Source: an uncultured Actinomycetes bacterium (lineage in GTDB: Bacteria; Actinomycetota; Actinomycetes; Nanopelagicales; Nanopelagicaceae). Taken from it: a stretch of DNA of 62,392 nt. Shown one piece after another: positions 11,221 through 20,924 of the stretch. A program made the position numbers and the translations under genes. The notes beneath the pieces are model-generated. The model was not told where the DNA came from. It did not search any database and saw only the letters and a list, made by a program, of their open reading frames with translations. The first letter of the stretch is position 1. Each line of letters opens with the position of its first letter. The stretch covers positions 1 through 62,392 of the forward strand of contig CAJBLC010000052.1 of assembly GCA_903953805.1 (NCBI GenBank), written 5' to 3'.

Positions 11221-12107
11221 CGACGTTCCTCTTTTTGCTTACATGACATGCAGAGGGTTGCGCGTGGGAAGACCTGAAGACGTGCCTTTCCGATCGGATT
11301 GCCACACTCTTCACAACGCCCGTAGCTCTTCGTATCAATTCGCTCAATAGCGCGCTCTGTCTGTAGGACCATGTCACGTGCGTTATAGACGAGTGACATC
11401 TCATGTTCGCGCTCAAAGGTCTTAGTTCCAGCATCGGCCTGATCATCGCCGGCACCTACGCCTGCAGAAATAATGAGATCTTCCATCTCTCCTTCGGCCT
11501 CGAGGAGCTCTGCCTTGAGACGAGTGAGATCCTTTGCGAGTTCAGCGCGCATCGACTTTAATTCAGCGGCGGTCCAGACTCCTTCGCTCTCCTCAATCAC
11601 AAATGGTGCAGGGGCGCCTTTAATTGGCTTGAGTGGAGCTACCTTCTTACCTGCCTTAATGGGACGAGGTGGAGGTGGCATCACTAAGCGACGCTCTTCA
11701 ACAACTACCTCTGGGCCGGAGTTAACATCCTTTGGAGCGACCGAGATCGTGGTCGAGTCTCCGGTTGTCGTGCTCTGTAGCTTTGCTGGAACTGTCTTGA
11801 CTGGTGCCTTCTTCGCAAGTTGCGGCTTCACAATATTGGGTGAGCGAGTTGTTGGCGCCGCCTTCTTAGCGGGTGTAACTTTCTTCGCTGGCGCTACCTT
11901 TTTAGCTGGTGCGGTCTTCTTTACTGGGGCCTTCTTCGCCGGTGCTTTCTTAGCAGGTGCCGCCTTCTTAACGGGAGCAACTTTCTTCGCAGGTGCCGCC
12001 TTCTTAACGGGAGCAACTTTCTTCGCAGGTGCTTTTGCGGGTGCGGCCTTCTTCGCCGGTGCAGCTTTCTTCACGGTATCCAAGACTCTCTTCACTGCCT
12101 TCTTCAT
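11217..12107 (-). CDS. TraR/DksA-family C4 zinc-finger protein with an N-terminal Lys/Ala/Pro-repeat (histone-H1-like) tail and a coiled coil
   Basis: 296 aa. The N-terminal ~95 aa are (A/P/V)KK repeats (KKAAPAKKVAPVKKAAP...). The middle has AELKSMRAELAKDLTRLKAELLEAEGE. The C-terminus has CEECGNPIGKARLQVFPRATLCMSC (CxxC-x17-CxxC). Confidence 0.8.
   Translation of the reverse strand: MKKAVKRVLDTVKKAAPAKKAAPAKAPAKKVAPVKKAAPAKKVAPVKKAAPAKKAPAKKAPVKKTAPAKKVAPAKKVTPAKKAAPTTRSPNIVKPQLAKKAPVKTVPAKLQSTTTGDSTTISVAPKDVNSGPEVVVEERRLVMPPPPRPIKAGKKVAPLKPIKGAPAPFVIEESEGVWTAAELKSMRAELAKDLTRLKAELLEAEGEMEDLIISAGVGAGDDQADAGTKTFEREHEMSLVYNARDMVLQTERAIERIDTKSYGRCEECGNPIGKARLQVFPRATLCMSCKQKEERR
11955..12032. repeat. 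perfect 36-bp tandem duplication (2.2 copies) inside the PAKKA-repeat coding region
   Basis: The unit aggtgccgccttcttaacgggagcaactttcttcgc at 11955-11990 is repeated exactly at 11991-12026, followed by a partial aggtgc. It encodes AKKVAPVKKAAP twice. Confidence 0.95.
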
Positions 12108-12266
12108 ACTATCTACCTCTTTTATGTTCCCAAGTAGTACGAGTTCTTAGTACGACAGGGGGCTCAGGCTAGGTCTTCCGAGGGGTAAACACCAACTTCG
12201 CCGCGCTAGACTTACGACCTTTACGAGACCTTCCAGGTTCTCGGGGCGCGAAAAGGGGCAGCAGAG

Positions 12267-15200
12267 TTGAGCACAGGTAGTTTCAAGGCGCTCGCACCGG
12301 CCATCGATCTGCCAGCTACCGAGCACGAGATCCTTCGATTCTGGGAAGAGAACTCAATCTTTGCGAAGACTATCGCTGCGCGCGAGGGCGCACCGCGTTG
12401 GACCTTTTACGAGGGTCCACCGACTGCCAACGGAAAGCCCGGCACCCACCATATTGAGGCTCGAGTATTTAAGGATCTCTTCCCCCGTTATCAGACGATG
12501 AAGGGGAATCAAGTCATCCGTAAGGCTGGCTGGGATTGTCACGGTCTCCCAGTTGAGATCGCAGTAGAGAAAGAACTTGGTTTTTCAGGCAAGGGCGATA
12601 TTGAAAAATTTGGTATCGCTGCATTTAATGAGAAGTGCCGCGAATCGGTCCAACGCCACGTCGGCGAATTCAGTGACATGACGCGTCGCATGGGCTTCTG
12701 GGTCGATTTCGATGAGGCCTACTGGACCATGTCCCCCGAATATGTTGAGAGCGTCTGGTGGTCACTTCAGCAGATCTTTAAGAAGGGGCTCTTAGTTCAG
12801 GATCATCGAGTTGCTCCCTATTGCCCACGCTGTGGAACAGGGCTATCTGATCATGAACTTGCCCAAGGCTATGAGACTGTTCAAGATCCATCGGTCTATG
12901 TTCGTTTCAAAGCAACCTCGGGTATCGCTGCCGAACATGGTGCTTCGTTCTTAGTCTGGACGACTACGCCGTGGACACTCGTCTCTAATACCGCGATCGC
13001 CGTAAATCCTTCGGTCAATTATCAAATTATTGAAATCACCTCAGATGAAGATCCCGAAAAGAATGAGCGCCTCGTTGTTGCAGAGAATCTTGTTGCTGCG
13101 ATCGCTAAGCCTGAAAATACGACCGTCCTAGCAAATATTCTCGGAGCTGATTTAGAGCGTTCTACGTATGAACGCCCCTTCGATCTCATTGAAATCCCTG
13201 ATGCCCACTTCATCATCCTCGCTGATTACGTCACGATCGAAGATGGAACTGGGTTAGTCCACCAAGCCCCTGCTTTTGGTGCTGATGACCTTCTCACCTG
13301 CCGTAAGTACAACCTTCCGGTCGTCAATCCAGTTGCTCCAGATGGAACTTTTCTACCTGAGATCGCTCTCGTTGGTGGCGCCTTCTTTAAAGATGCCGAC
13401 AAGGTTCTGATCAAGGATTTGAAGTCACGTGGCTTAATGTTTAAGCACACGCAATATGAACACTCCTATCCGCATTGCTGGCGGTGCCACACAGTTCTTA
13501 TCTACTACGCGCAACCTTCGTGGTACATCCGCACGACTTCCATCAAGGATGATCTCATCCGCGAAAATGAGAAGACAGATTGGCACCCAGAGACCATCAA
13601 GACTGGCCGCTATGGTGATTGGCTAACCAACAATATTGACTGGGCGGTCTCACGTAATCGATATTGGGGAACTCCCCTTCCTATCTGGCGTTGCCCAGAG
13701 AACCATCTTTACTGCGTTGGCTCGCTCGCTGAACTCTCCCAGTTAAGCGGAAAAGAGTTGACTGCATCTGATCCACATCGACCATTTGTTGATGACATTA
13801 CCTTCCCATGCAGTGAATGCTCCGAGACGATGGTCCGCGTGAGTGAGGTTATCGACTGCTGGTACGACTCTGGTGCGATGCCATTTGCGCAATGGGGCTA
13901 CCCTCATAAACCTGGTTCGGTCGAGAAGTTTGAAGCGGCATACCCTGCAGATTTCATCGCAGAAGCGATCGACCAGACGCGCGGTTGGTTCTATACATTG
14001 ATGACAATTGGAACCCTTGTCTTCGATAAGAGTTCTTACGAAACTGTTCTCTGTCTAGGCCACATCCTTGATAAAGATGGTCGCAAGATGAGCAAGCACC
14101 TAGGAAATGTGCTCGAGCCGATTCCATTGATGGATCAACATGGTGCAGATGCGGTTCGCTGGTACATGCTCGCCGCTGGTTCACCATGGTCTGCCCGCCG
14201 CGTCGGTCACGATGCACTCTCTGATGTCGTGCGCAAGACCTTACTTACATATTGGAACACCGTCTCTTTCTTCACCTTGTATGCAAAAGCTGCAAGCTTT
14301 ACGGTTGATCAATCTGCCCCAGTCGCAACCGCGACCATGGATCGCTGGATCAACTCTGAGCTCAACCTCCTCATTGAAAAGGTTGATCAGGCTTATGCAG
14401 ATTTCGATTCACAGCTTGCCGGAAAACTGCTCGCCGCATTTATTGATGACCTCTCAAATTGGTATGTCCGCCGCTCTCGCAGAAGGTTCTGGGATGGCGA
14501 GACCGCCGCTCTCGCAACTCTTTATAACGCGCTGAAAGTTCTTACACAATTGCTCTCTCCGATGATTCCATTTATCTCAGAGCATGTTTGGCAGGAGCTC
14601 GTTCGCGTAGCAGAACCTGGAGCGCCGGAGTCGGTACACCTCACCGATTTTCCTGTCACGAAGACAGAGCTCGTCGATCTAGAACTCTCTCGCTCGGTTC
14701 AACTTTCGCGCCGACTTGTAGAACTTGGACGTGCCGCTCGTGCTGAATCAAAGATTAAGATCCGCCAACCTCTCGGTCGTGCCCTCGTTGCCGCTGCCGG
14801 CTTTAGTGCGATGGATGAAGAGATTAGAGCGCACATCTCCGAAGAGTTAAATGTTCTTCATCTTGATGACCTTGCTCATGCTGATGGTGATCTCGTCGAT
14901 GTCTCTATTAAGGCGAATTTCCGAACTATCGGAGCGAAATTTGGCGCAGATGTCCAAGCAATCGCAAAGGCTCTCCTTGCAACTGACCACACCGAAACTG
15001 TTCGCGCGATCCGTGAAGATGGCAGCCTGACCCTCTCTTATGATGGAAAGAACGTGACCTTAGATCTTGAAGATCTCGTCATTACCGAGACACCAAAGAG
15101 CGGCTGGTCGGTCGCATCTCACTCAGGAGAGAGCGTTGCGCTGGACTTGGCACTCACTCCAGAGTTAATCCAATCCGGCCTCGTGCGCGAAGTTATTCGT

Positions 15201-15410
15201 GCAATTCAAGAGGAGCGCAAAAACTCTCAGTTCGATATCTCAGATCGGATTGTTGTGAATTGGAATGGCACCTCGGAGATCGCTGATGCAATTGCGGCTC
15301 AGAGCGGACTCATCTCTGATGAGGTCTTAGCCGTTGAGATCACTCGCGATGAGGGCCTTGATATCACCGATGCCGAGATCGGTCTCGCACTCGCGCTCCG
15401 TAAGAATTAA
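12267..15410 (+). CDS. ileS: isoleucine--tRNA ligase
   Basis: 1047 aa, TTG start. Contains PPTANGKPGTHH (HIGH) and KMSKHLGN (KMSKS), with a CP1 editing-domain-sized insertion. Confidence 0.96.
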   Translation: MSTGSFKALAPAIDLPATEHEILRFWEENSIFAKTIAAREGAPRWTFYEGPPTANGKPGTHHIEARVFKDLFPRYQTMKGNQVIRKAGWDCHGLPVEIAVEKELGFSGKGDIEKFGIAAFNEKCRESVQRHVGEFSDMTRRMGFWVDFDEAYWTMSPEYVESVWWSLQQIFKKGLLVQDHRVAPYCPRCGTGLSDHELAQGYETVQDPSVYVRFKATSGIAAEHGASFLVWTTTPWTLVSNTAIAVNPSVNYQIIEITSDEDPEKNERLVVAENLVAAIAKPENTTVLANILGADLERSTYERPFDLIEIPDAHFIILADYVTIEDGTGLVHQAPAFGADDLLTCRKYNLPVVNPVAPDGTFLPEIALVGGAFFKDADKVLIKDLKSRGLMFKHTQYEHSYPHCWRCHTVLIYYAQPSWYIRTTSIKDDLIRENEKTDWHPETIKTGRYGDWLTNNIDWAVSRNRYWGTPLPIWRCPENHLYCVGSLAELSQLSGKELTASDPHRPFVDDITFPCSECSETMVRVSEVIDCWYDSGAMPFAQWGYPHKPGSVEKFEAAYPADFIAEAIDQTRGWFYTLMTIGTLVFDKSSYETVLCLGHILDKDGRKMSKHLGNVLEPIPLMDQHGADAVRWYMLAAGSPWSARRVGHDALSDVVRKTLLTYWNTVSFFTLYAKAASFTVDQSAPVATATMDRWINSELNLLIEKVDQAYADFDSQLAGKLLAAFIDDLSNWYVRRSRRRFWDGETAALATLYNALKVLTQLLSPMIPFISEHVWQELVRVAEPGAPESVHLTDFPVTKTELVDLELSRSVQLSRRLVELGRAARAESKIKIRQPLGRALVAAAGFSAMDEEIRAHISEELNVLHLDDLAHADGDLVDVSIKANFRTIGAKFGADVQAIAKALLATDHTETVRAIREDGSLTLSYDGKNVTLDLEDLVITETPKSGWSVASHSGESVALDLALTPELIQSGLVREVIRAIQEERKNSQFDISDRIVVNWNGTSEIADAIAAQSGLISDEVLAVEITRDEGLDITDAEIGLALALRKN

Positions 15411-15421
15411 CTGTGTAGGAA

Positions 15422-15706
15422 TTAAAGGGTATTAACGAATCGCGCGAGCATCTGCACGACGATAAAGATCAAAATAAACGATAGATCGATCGCAACTGGT
15501 CCTAGGCGAAGCGGTGGAATAAAGCGTCGCACAAATCGCATGACGGGATCGGTGATCGCGTAGATCGCCTCGGCGATAGCCAAGATAACTCCGCGAGGCC
15601 GCCACTGTGGCGCAAAGATTCGAATGTAATCGAGGATCAATCGCCCAAAGAGTGAGAGAACAAAGATCTGTAGAGCAATTTTTAAAACTATAACAAGAAG
15701 TGACAT
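15422..15706 (-). CDS. yggT: YggT-family membrane protein (YlmG)
   Basis: A small 2-TM protein following sepF. I chose the ATG at 15706 (MSLLVIVLKIAL...) because the longer ORF (start 15778) would overlap sepF by 65 nt. Confidence 0.8.
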   Translation of the reverse strand: MSLLVIVLKIALQIFVLSLFGRLILDYIRIFAPQWRPRGVILAIAEAIYAITDPVMRFVRRFIPPLRLGPVAIDLSFILIFIVVQMLARFVNTL

Positions 15707-15713
15707 CTGCCAA

Positions 15714-16208
15714 TCAACTCTGGTTGAAGAAGCTAGCTTCCGCTGCAGCTGCCTTATGCTCTGATGAGACTCTGACATTTGCAGGAGTCAAGAGAAATAC
15801 CTTGGAGGTAACTCGTTCAATACTTCCGTGGTGTCCAAAGACGAGTCCTGATGCGAAGTCAACGAGGCGCTTGCGCTCTGACTCTTCCATATCGCTGAGG
15901 TTCATCAAAACTGGCTGTCCCTCGCGGAAATGTTCGCCGACGGTGCGTGCCTCGTTATAGAAGCGAGGATGGATAGTGAAGATGGAATCCAAAATTGGGA
16001 GTTCAGTCTGAACAACTGGTGCTGCAACTGGTGCAACGGCACGCTCGCGTAGCGGCGCGGCTGGTGTTGTACGTACTGATGAAGTTACGGAAGGAGTGGT
16101 GACTCGAACGCTCTTCTGCGGAATCTCCATTGCGACCGTACTTTCGAAATCTGCCTCGTCATCAACGAGTCCTAGATATCCGGCCATCTTCTTGAATGCA
16201 TTTGCCAT
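15714..16208 (-). CDS. sepF: cell division protein SepF
   Basis: 164 aa. The N-terminus MANAFKKMAGYLGLVDDE is the amphipathic membrane-targeting helix. The C-terminal domain has GQPVLMNLSDMEESERKRLVDFASG. Confidence 0.92.
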   Translation of the reverse strand: MANAFKKMAGYLGLVDDEADFESTVAMEIPQKSVRVTTPSVTSSVRTTPAAPLRERAVAPVAAPVVQTELPILDSIFTIHPRFYNEARTVGEHFREGQPVLMNLSDMEESERKRLVDFASGLVFGHHGSIERVTSKVFLLTPANVRVSSEHKAAAAEASFFNQS

Positions 16209-16217
16209 AGTCCAAGT

Positions 16218-16910
16218 TTAGGTGAGCGTCGGCCTCGAACCGAGGATTGAACTACCTACCCGGATATGTGTCGCTCCTGCGAGGATTGCAGCTTCGAAGT
16301 CATTACTCATGCCGATGGAAAGTTTGGCCAGGTCATATTTTTGCTGTAACCCAGCGACGATCTCAAAGCCCTTCTCGATCTCCAGGTCAATCGGGAGGAC
16401 GGCCATGAGGCCAGATACTTTCACCGCCGAGAACTTTCGGACCGAACCAAGAAAATTTTCCAGATCAGATGGGGCCACTCCCCCTCGATCGTTTCGCTCC
16501 GGTTCAAGATTCACCTGAATGAAGAAGTCTCGCTCAACCTCGGTTGCTCGTTCTGGTGACTCAAGGATCTCATTGAACTTCGCGGCATGGTCCAACGAGT
16601 CGAGTGAGTGGATAGTTTTTGCCCAGGTAGCGATCGATTTAATCTTTCGACTCTGTACCTGCCCTTGAAAATGCCAATGAGCATCGCTCGGAAGAAGCGC
16701 CGACTTATCGGCTCCTTCATTATCTCGGTTTTCCCCGAAATCCCGGAGACCAAGGTTGTACAGAGTCTGAACATCCGAAGCTGGGAAGAACTTCGTGACG
16801 GCGATCAATGTGATCTCAGAGCGGGAGCGGCCGACTGAGCTTGCCGCATTCACTATCCGCTCTTCAACCGTTTGCAGGTTCTTTGATAGCTCAATCTCTC
16901 TCGCACTCAC
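16218..16910 (-). CDS. yggS: YggS-family pyridoxal-phosphate homeostasis protein (YlmE)
   Basis: 230 aa. Contains LIAVTKF, HFQGQVQSRK and LSIGMSNDFEAAI...THIRVGSSI. Confidence 0.9.
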   Translation of the reverse strand: MSAREIELSKNLQTVEERIVNAASSVGRSRSEITLIAVTKFFPASDVQTLYNLGLRDFGENRDNEGADKSALLPSDAHWHFQGQVQSRKIKSIATWAKTIHSLDSLDHAAKFNEILESPERATEVERDFFIQVNLEPERNDRGGVAPSDLENFLGSVRKFSAVKVSGLMAVLPIDLEIEKGFEIVAGLQQKYDLAKLSIGMSNDFEAAILAGATHIRVGSSILGSRPTLT

Positions 16911-17542
16911 AATGAAATAACCCCTGCCTGACGGCCGATCGTTTTATCTCGTCGATAAGAGAAAAATTGAGAATTTTCGAGGGTGCAGAGCCCGAGTGCA
17001 TGGGTATCCACCCCGCGCTCTCGCAAAAGCGCAATCGTTCCGCGGGGCAGATCCAAACTATGTTGTTGGACAGTTGTAGCAGAAGCGGGGAAGAAGGTAG
17101 TTACCTCTTCATACATCTCTTGCGAAACCTCATAACAATTCCCACAGATAGCGGGGCCGATCCAGGCAATAATCCCTGTCGCACCGAGGCCTTCCATAAT
17201 GTCGATCGTCTTATCGACGATGCCATTCGTCATCCCAATTCGTCCAACATGAACCGCAGCCACACATGTTGTCGAACTCAAAAGTAAGGGAATGCAATCG
17301 GCAACCAGAACAGCAAGTCCAAGACCCGGCCGTTGAGTAATGAGTGCATCGGATGGGAGATCAACGGAGGAGAACTCATCTACGACTCGAACCTGGTCAC
17401 TATGGCTCTGACTCATGAACTGCAGATTATCGAGGTTCAACTCTTCTGTTAAAGCAAACCGATTTCGGGCTACTGATTCTGCATTATCGCCGGTATGAAG
17501 CGCGAGGTTTGACGGTGCCGAAGTGAAATGGATCTTTGGCAT
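16907..17542 (-). CDS. pgeF: YfiH/PgeF-family purine nucleoside phosphorylase / peptidoglycan editing factor (YlmD)
   Basis: 211 aa. Contains QSHSDQV...ADCIPLLL...VHVGR...CGNCYEV...FSYRRD. Confidence 0.88.
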   Translation of the reverse strand: MPKIHFTSAPSNLALHTGDNAESVARNRFALTEELNLDNLQFMSQSHSDQVRVVDEFSSVDLPSDALITQRPGLGLAVLVADCIPLLLSSTTCVAAVHVGRIGMTNGIVDKTIDIMEGLGATGIIAWIGPAICGNCYEVSQEMYEEVTTFFPASATTVQQHSLDLPRGTIALLRERGVDTHALGLCTLENSQFFSYRRDKTIGRQAGVISL

Positions 17543-17551
17543 ACCAAAGTA

Positions 17552-18712
17552 CTACTTCATGAAATCGGGGATATCAATCTCATCTTCAACGACCAACTCT
17601 TCGAAGGTGATCTTTCGACGTGGCGTTGAGATCGTTGGAACCTCACCAGTGTTCTCCGAGTTTCCGAGATCGAGAGCAACCGCAAGTGGATCATTCGCCG
17701 CGATGGGATCGGCCTGACCGCTGAGCGCTGCTGCATCGATTACTGGCATCTGCACCTTCTTTGGCTCACCACCATCGAATCCAGCTGCAATAACGGTGAT
17801 ACGGACTTCATCGCCAAGCGCATCATCGATAACTGTTCCAAAGATGATATTTGCATCTGGGTGAGCCGCTTTTGCCACCATCTCTGCAGCTTCAGAGAGT
17901 TCAAAGAGACCGAGATCTGATCCACCCGCGATAGACATGAGTACGCCACGAGCACCATCAATGGAAGCTTCAAGAAGTGGAGATGCAATAGCCAACTCAG
18001 CAGCACGTATTGCCCGTGACTCACCGCGAGCCGAACCGATACCCATGAGGGCCGATCCAGCACCAGCCATAACACTCTTCACATCTGCGAAGTCAAGGTT
18101 GATGAGGCCGGGAGTTGTGATGAGATCGGTAATACCTTGCACGCCAGAGAGGAGAACCTGATCAGCGCTGCGGAATGCTTCAACTGCAGTAATAGTGCGA
18201 TCAGAGATTGCAAGGAGGCGATCATTTGGAATGACGATGAGAGTGTCGACCTCTGCACGAAGATTCGAAATACCTTCTTCGGCCTGCAAGGTGCGATGCT
18301 TCGCTTCAAAGGAGAATGGTTTAGTAACAACACCAACAGTGAGTGCGCCTAGATCCTTTGCAACTTTCGCAATAACAGGTGCGCCACCAGTACCGGTACC
18401 GCCACCTTCACCGGCAGTAACAAAGACCATATCTGCTCCGCGAAGAACTTCTTCAATTTCATCGAGGTGATCGAGCGCAGCTTGACGACCAACCTCAGGT
18501 GCAGCCCCTGCACCAAGTCCACGAGTAGATGTGCGACCGATATCTAACTTCACATCAGCATCAGACATAATTAATTGTTGTGCATCAGTATTGATAGCGA
18601 TGAACTCAACACCTTTAAGTCCTGCTTCGATCATGCGATTGACAGCATTTACTCCACCGCCGCCAATGCCAACGACTTTGATCACTGCAAGATAATTTTG
18701 TGGAGTTGCCAC
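17552..18712 (-). CDS. ftsZ: cell division GTPase FtsZ
   Basis: 386 aa, GTG start. Contains [24 protein letters not shown] and NDRLL. The C-terminal peptide is DIPDFMK. Confidence 0.97.
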   Translation of the reverse strand: MATPQNYLAVIKVVGIGGGGVNAVNRMIEAGLKGVEFIAINTDAQQLIMSDADVKLDIGRTSTRGLGAGAAPEVGRQAALDHLDEIEEVLRGADMVFVTAGEGGGTGTGGAPVIAKVAKDLGALTVGVVTKPFSFEAKHRTLQAEEGISNLRAEVDTLIVIPNDRLLAISDRTITAVEAFRSADQVLLSGVQGITDLITTPGLINLDFADVKSVMAGAGSALMGIGSARGESRAIRAAELAIASPLLEASIDGARGVLMSIAGGSDLGLFELSEAAEMVAKAAHPDANIIFGTVIDDALGDEVRITVIAAGFDGGEPKKVQMPVIDAAALSGQADPIAANDPLAVALDLGNSENTGEVPTISTPRRKITFEELVVEDEIDIPDFMK

Positions 18713-18831
18713 GATTCGCCTCTTCCTGATCTCTAAATCTCTACTTGAGACTTAAAGTTATGTAATAACTATTAGGCAGAAAGTAAAGGTGTGTGGTGGT
18801 TCGTGCAACGACCGACACGAAATGGCAACCG

Positions 18832-19530
18832 TTATTTTGTAATCGGTGAAAGTGGATTACTGAGGTCGAAGAGAACTGCCTTCGCATTCTCTTTAAGCCC
18901 CAAAAGCTTCTTATAGATTTCAACTTTCAACGAAATATCGTTGGGACTTCCCCACTTAATCAAAGCCTGGCGTTTTTGATCTATCGCAACATGAGTTTCC
19001 ATATCGTCAGATCCATTTACGGTAAAACTCTGGACCTCATTTAAGAGATTCTGTGGCATGAGTTGTAGAAGGTTTGAGATAGCTCGCTTTGTTGGAATGT
19101 CATGGGTGCGCAGTTTTATCGTCGGGATATTCGGATATGTCAGTGGAGAGGAGAAATCCCGTCCATCTGCATCAAAATATCGAAGCTCACCTAAATCATT
19201 GAGATAGGAAGCAACTGGCTTACGTTCTTCAACATAGATTGTTAGTGAGCCATGGATCCAGCTTCTGCCAACATCAACCTTCGAGATCCACTCATTCTGT
19301 TTGATAGCACGACTTGTTGCTCTAACATCGATACGAGCAAGTGGCTCTCCAATATAGATAGGTGGCTTCACTGTCTGTAAAGAACTTTGGATATTTGACT
19401 GCGCTTTTACACCATGGATAACAATCGTCTTGAGGGAGAGCAGGTGCGACCATCCCAGTAAATAAGTAAGTAGTCCAAGGAGTAGAACGGCAAGAAAGGC
19501 TCCAGGCGAGCGTCTAAATTTCTTCATCAC
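18832..19530 (-). CDS. ftsQ: cell division protein FtsQ (POTRA domain)
   Basis: 232 aa with an N-terminal TM helix and POTRA-like IVIHGVK. It lies between murC and ftsZ. Confidence 0.85.
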   Translation of the reverse strand: MMKKFRRSPGAFLAVLLLGLLTYLLGWSHLLSLKTIVIHGVKAQSNIQSSLQTVKPPIYIGEPLARIDVRATSRAIKQNEWISKVDVGRSWIHGSLTIYVEERKPVASYLNDLGELRYFDADGRDFSSPLTYPNIPTIKLRTHDIPTKRAISNLLQLMPQNLLNEVQSFTVNGSDDMETHVAIDQKRQALIKWGSPNDISLKVEIYKKLLGLKENAKAVLFDLSNPLSPITK

Positions 19531-20924
19531 ATTTTGTCTTCAAGCGATCGAACAATTACCGGGGCTAGCGAGCTGACATCGCCTGCACCCAGCGTCATGA
19601 TGACATCCCCAGATTTCGCCTCCGAAGTAACTCTTTCGACGACCTCAACCATGGAAGGTTCGTATGTCACCTTTAATGGATCCATCTGCTGTGCAATCAA
19701 CAAGGATGAGACTCCCGATAGTGGTTCTTCGCTCGCTGCATAGATCTCAAGCAAATAAATATGGTCAGCTAGATTCAGTGCTTGAGCAAACTCTTGATAG
19801 AAGGCCTTTGTTCGCGAGTAACGATGTGGCTGGAAGATCACAATTACTCTTCCAGTTCCGGCATACCGTCTAGCGGTCTCAAGAGTGACTCTAATTTCAG
19901 TGGGATGATGTCCGTAATCGTCTATAACTCGGATCTTTTCGACATCTCCCTTTAATTCAAAGCGCCTTCTCGACCCAGTGAAATTCTTCAAGCCATCCAA
20001 GATTGATGCAACTGGCAATCCCAACTGGTGTGCCGCAGCTAGAGCGGCAGTAGCGTTGAGAAGGTTATGGTGGCCCGGAACTTTAAGCTCTAGTTCTCCT
20101 AAAACTTTCCCGTTATGAGTAATTCGACCTATTGATGAACCTTCAGAAAGGTGCACTCGCGAGAGCTGCCAATCAGCATCTCCCTCACCATAGGTAATGA
20201 TCGAGATATCGGTTCTGACGAGCTTCGTTCGCAGCGCTTGGACACCTGGATCATCTCCGCAGAGAATAAGGAACCCACCGCTTTGAATAGAGCTGACGAA
20301 ATCATGGAAGATTGAATAGATGGAGTCGAGATCAGCAAAGTGATCGACATGATCAAGTTCAATATTTGTGATAATTGCACCGAGGGGTTTGTAATGAAGG
20401 AATGAGCCGTCGCTCTCATCTGCCTCTGCTACAAAGATATCTCCTGAGCCAGAGTACGCATTTATTCCTGACGCGTTGATCATGCCACCAATTGCAAATG
20501 ACGGATCTGCTCCGGCGCTCTGCAATGCAACGGTCAACATGGATGTTGTTGTGGTCTTTCCGTGGGTACCAGCGATGGCAACTGATCGCATGCCATTCAT
20601 TAATAAGGCGAGAGCCTGTGCTCTAGCGATTGTCGGAATTCCAGCTTGAACCGCTGCTAACCGCTCTGGGTTCTTTTCAGAGATGGCAGTTGAGAGGACG
20701 ATGAGGTTCGCAGCTGAAATATTCTCTGCGCTGTGACCAATAAAAATTGTGGCACCAAGAGTCTGAAGATTCTCGGTTACGGTCGATGCTTTAACATCGG
20801 AGCCACTCACCTGAATACCCCGAGCGATCATGATCCGTGCAATTCCACTCATCCCGGCACCACCAATACCGATGAAATGGACTTGTTTTCCGATGAGACT
20901 TTCGAAGGTGAGATATTGCGTCAT
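19527..20924 (-). CDS. murC: UDP-N-acetylmuramate--L-alanine ligase
   Basis: 465 aa. Contains HFIGIGGAGMSGIA and GTHGKTTTTSM. Confidence 0.95.
   Translation of the reverse strand: MTQYLTFESLIGKQVHFIGIGGAGMSGIARIMIARGIQVSGSDVKASTVTENLQTLGATIFIGHSAENISAANLIVLSTAISEKNPERLAAVQAGIPTIARAQALALLMNGMRSVAIAGTHGKTTTTSMLTVALQSAGADPSFAIGGMINASGINAYSGSGDIFVAEADESDGSFLHYKPLGAIITNIELDHVDHFADLDSIYSIFHDFVSSIQSGGFLILCGDDPGVQALRTKLVRTDISIITYGEGDADWQLSRVHLSEGSSIGRITHNGKVLGELELKVPGHHNLLNATAALAAAHQLGLPVASILDGLKNFTGSRRRFELKGDVEKIRVIDDYGHHPTEIRVTLETARRYAGTGRVIVIFQPHRYSRTKAFYQEFAQALNLADHIYLLEIYAASEEPLSGVSSLLIAQQMDPLKVTYEPSMVEVVERVTSEAKSGDVIMTLGAGDVSSLAPVIVRSLEDKM

Noticed and set aside
11473-12150. A 225-aa plus-strand ORF antisense to the DksA-like gene.
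   Set aside because: It is a low-complexity Ala/Gly/Phe translation produced by reading the PAKKA-repeat codons in reverse, with no independent signals.
12108-12266. Possible T-box riboswitch in the 159-nt ileS leader, since actinobacterial ileS genes are often T-box regulated.
   Set aside because: I could not find the conserved T-box core (GGUGGNACCGCG-like), a specifier loop with an AUC codon, or an anti-sequestrator arrangement. The leader holds only a weak hairpin (ACGAGACC/GGTTCTCG) and short TACGA direct repeats (12136-12155 and 12212-12226). A covariance-model search would settle it.
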